DNA of 15,976 nucleotides, taken from contig JANMKN010000391.1 of NCBI GenBank assembly GCA_031372065.1, positions 1 to 15,976 on the forward strand. Reading direction: 5' to 3'. The notes under the pieces were generated by a model. It worked only from the letters and a program-made list of their open reading frames with translations. It was not told the origin of the DNA and did not search any database. Below are positions 15,101 through 15,976 of the stretch, piece after piece; within the stretch, counting starts at the first letter, position 1, and every line of letters starts with the position of its first letter. The translations under genes and the position numbers were made by a program. The stretch comes from Abditibacteriaceae bacterium (GTDB lineage Bacteria; Armatimonadota; Abditibacteriia; Abditibacteriales; Abditibacteriaceae).

Positions 15101-15676
15101 AGCGGCCTTTTGTCGCGCAAAATGTATGGCCCGCCGGTGCGTCCGGTGCGTCCCAATGCGGGCCTGAGCGCGGCTTTTGGCGGTGGCCTCGATTGGAAAA
15201 CCAGCGATGGCGAAGACTCACATCGCCGTGCGCTTTACACCGAATGGCGGCGCACCAGCCCGTATCCGTCGCTGGTCACTTTCGATGCGCCCAACCGCGA
15301 AGTTTGCACCTTGCGCCGCACGCGCACCAACACGCCGTTGCAAGCCTTGGTAACGCTCAACGATCCGGTTTATATCGAAGCCGCGCAAGCCTTAGCGCGC
15401 CGCATTGTTGAGCAAAAAGGCACGCCGTCCGACAAGTTAAAATTCGCCTTTCGCGTGTGCCTTTCGCGTTTGCCCAGCGAAAAAGAAATGCAACGTTTGC
15501 TGCGCTTACATGCTGAAACATTGGCAACTTATAAAGCCGATGAAAAAGCGGCTTTAGCCTTGGCAACCGAACCGCTTGGCCCCGCGCCCCCAGGCGCCGA
15601 CATCGCCGATTTAGCGGCATGGACAACCGTTGCCAATGTGCTTTTGAACTTGGATGAAACTTTGATGAAACGATGA
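12125..15676 (+). CDS. Secreted planctomycete-type cytochrome c / DUF1549 (PSCyt2) / DUF1553 (PSD1) protein with an internal discoidin/F-type-lectin-like domain
   Basis: VDFNRDIRP...CFLCHG...IMPP (PSCyt1). HWSY...RRVSLDLTGLPP...YGEHQARQWLDLARYADS...CAQCHTHKYDP (DUF1549). NRLALARW...NPLTARV.ANR.W...PTHPELLDWLA...NTPLQALVTLND...VLLNLDE (DUF1553). The start is re-called to ATG 12125 (1183 aa); in-frame GTGs at 12227 and 12239 are alternatives. Confidence 0.93.
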   Translation: MNIFPFFNRFVSPTTEVAAQGSASQSSACADGFIVSTKVDIWRCAPRAAISVAGLFLFFLSLPAHAKVDFNRDIRPIVSNTCFLCHGPDPNARKAKLRLDVREEAIARGAILPGKPEESEAYKRVASKNSDEIMPPPELHKALTPQQIATFKQWILEGAEYKKHWSYEKPQRPPLPKVKNAKWSQNAIDNFILARLEKEGLAPQPEAEKTALVRRVSLDLTGLPPTPEEVENFVSDKANNAYEKVVDRLLASPAYGEHQARQWLDLARYADSAGYADDPPRTIWAYRDYVIKSFNDNKPFDQFTVEQIAGDLLPNPTEDQLVATAFHRNTMTNSEGGTDDEEFRNAAIVDRVNTTLSVWMGTSMACAQCHTHKYDPITQKEYFQVFAFFNQSQDSDKKDEAPLLSLFSEDQKMQRKAWESEAQTIEKQFTAPRPEIVATAKQWAREFPTSLDWKTLAPDTLKTESGGQLKNENGLLLASAAKQDTYTIEAPIEGKLSALRLETLPDAPLPGNGPGHAGGNFVVTKIGAMLLPPNNALGPKARFVRVELPGAGKLLQLAEVQVFSGGENIALRGEAKQSSTYADAQAKRAIDGNMAGEYDKGSVSHTGENDPNPWWEVDLKSEVPIDRIVIWNRVEAGERLEGFRLVALDANRREVWTKDKNPAPQLQATFDVSGARPISFNNAVADFTQNEFDARDVLGGNADKKDASRGWAIGGAQGQAHWLSLLADKPIEAPPGSRLRITIEQKSPYENHVLGRFRLSQTTDARADETLRTPSEILKLLAEKKFDDAQIAAYYARQIAPELKNERQKLATLNKNIVEQKPVTVPVLREVATEAQRKTRVQLRGSYLALDEEVGPAVPAVWSPLPKDATPNRLALARWLVADDNPLTARVVANRYWENLFGIGLVRTVEEFGSQGEMPTHPELLDWLATELVRQKWDIKQFLKLLVMSKSYRQSSKVTPVLIEKDPENILVSRGPRFRMSAEMVRDQALAVSGLLSRKMYGPPVRPVRPNAGLSAAFGGGLDWKTSDGEDSHRRALYTEWRRTSPYPSLVTFDAPNREVCTLRRTRTNTPLQALVTLNDPVYIEAAQALARRIVEQKGTPSDKLKFAFRVCLSRLPSEKEMQRLLRLHAETLATYKADEKAALALATEPLGPAPPGADIADLAAWTTVANVLLNLDETLMKR
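12157..12289. mobile_element. 133-bp composite palindromic element (REP-doublet/REPIN-like) lying in frame in the 5' end of the DUF1553 gene
   Basis: 26-bp terminal inverted repeats at 12157-12182/12264-12289 (24/26 match), each with an internal CGAC-TGAA-GTCG-type hairpin, enclose four perfect small hairpins in mirror-symmetric positions. Mobility is inferred, not shown. Confidence 0.75.
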
Positions 15677-15682
15677 AAGATT

Positions 15683-15717
15683 TGTCATTCTGAAGGAGCC
15701 TCGGCGACTGAAGAATC
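15683..15717 (+). repeat. TGTC-tagged REP-like hairpin with two tandem GA/GA mismatches
   Basis: TGTC followed by ATTCT-GA-AG-GA-GCC[TC]GGC-GA-CT-GA-AGAAT. It resembles the (C/T)GTC-tagged REP class (GTCATTCTG...GAAGAATC). Only one copy is visible in the window. Confidence 0.7.
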
Positions 15718-15740
15718 CCCCATAGGCAAGGGTATTTAAA

Positions 15741-15976
15741 ATGCTTGAACAGCAATATTGGGTTTACAGCATGGCTGGTGCTGGTCAAACAATTTATATT
15801 GGTGTAACCAATAATTTAACTCGACGTGTATGGGAACACAAGACCAAAGCCATAAGGGGTTTTACTTCAAAATACAACTTGGACAGGCTTGTCTATTATG
15901 TTGAATTTTGTAACGTAGGTGATGCTATTGCTTATGAGAAAAAGCTGAAAGGTTGGGTCAGGCGGAGAAAGGATGT
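15741..15976 (+). CDS. Small stand-alone GIY-YIG nuclease family protein (3' end beyond the window)
   Basis: Not in the ORF track. Manual translation: MLEQQYWVYSMAGAGQTIYIGVTNNLTRRVWEHKTKAIRGFTSKYNLDRLVYYVEFCNVGDAIAYEKKLKGWVRRRKD. It has the WVY...YIG motif pair, RxxEH, FTxKY, the catalytic Glu in AIAYEK, and LKGWxRxxK. Confidence 0.92.
   Translation, partial: MLEQQYWVYSMAGAGQTIYIGVTNNLTRRVWEHKTKAIRGFTSKYNLDRLVYYVEFCNVGDAIAYEKKLKGWVRRRKD

Overview
Bacterial chromosomal window, moderately GC-rich. The lineage cannot be fixed from sequence alone; the gene content is PVC-like (secreted sulfatases, a PSCyt1/DUF1549/DUF1553 cytochrome-c protein). A minus-strand operon encodes a class-A-beta-lactamase-like serine hydrolase, two small membrane proteins and two Cys-type sulfatases. 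It diverges from a plus-strand operon encoding a membrane-anchored protein, a short MscS-family protein, recG and an AT-rich hypothetical protein. These are followed by a TPR protein, tRNA-Thr(CGT) with a clear sigma70 promoter and terminator, a secreted alpha/beta hydrolase, a large DUF1549/DUF1553 protein and a GIY-YIG nuclease cut by the window edge (absent from the ORF track). The most unusual content is palindromic DNA of three kinds. (1) A 133-bp mirror-symmetric six-hairpin REP-doublet-like element lies in frame inside the signal-peptide coding region of the DUF1553 gene. (2) Two 21-bp-period quasi-palindromic tandem arrays that flip orientation internally occur, one intergenic and one translated inside recG. 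(3) A TGTC-tagged hairpin with tandem GA mismatches sits directly in front of the AT-rich GIY-YIG gene, which looks like the left end of a nuclease/REP cassette.
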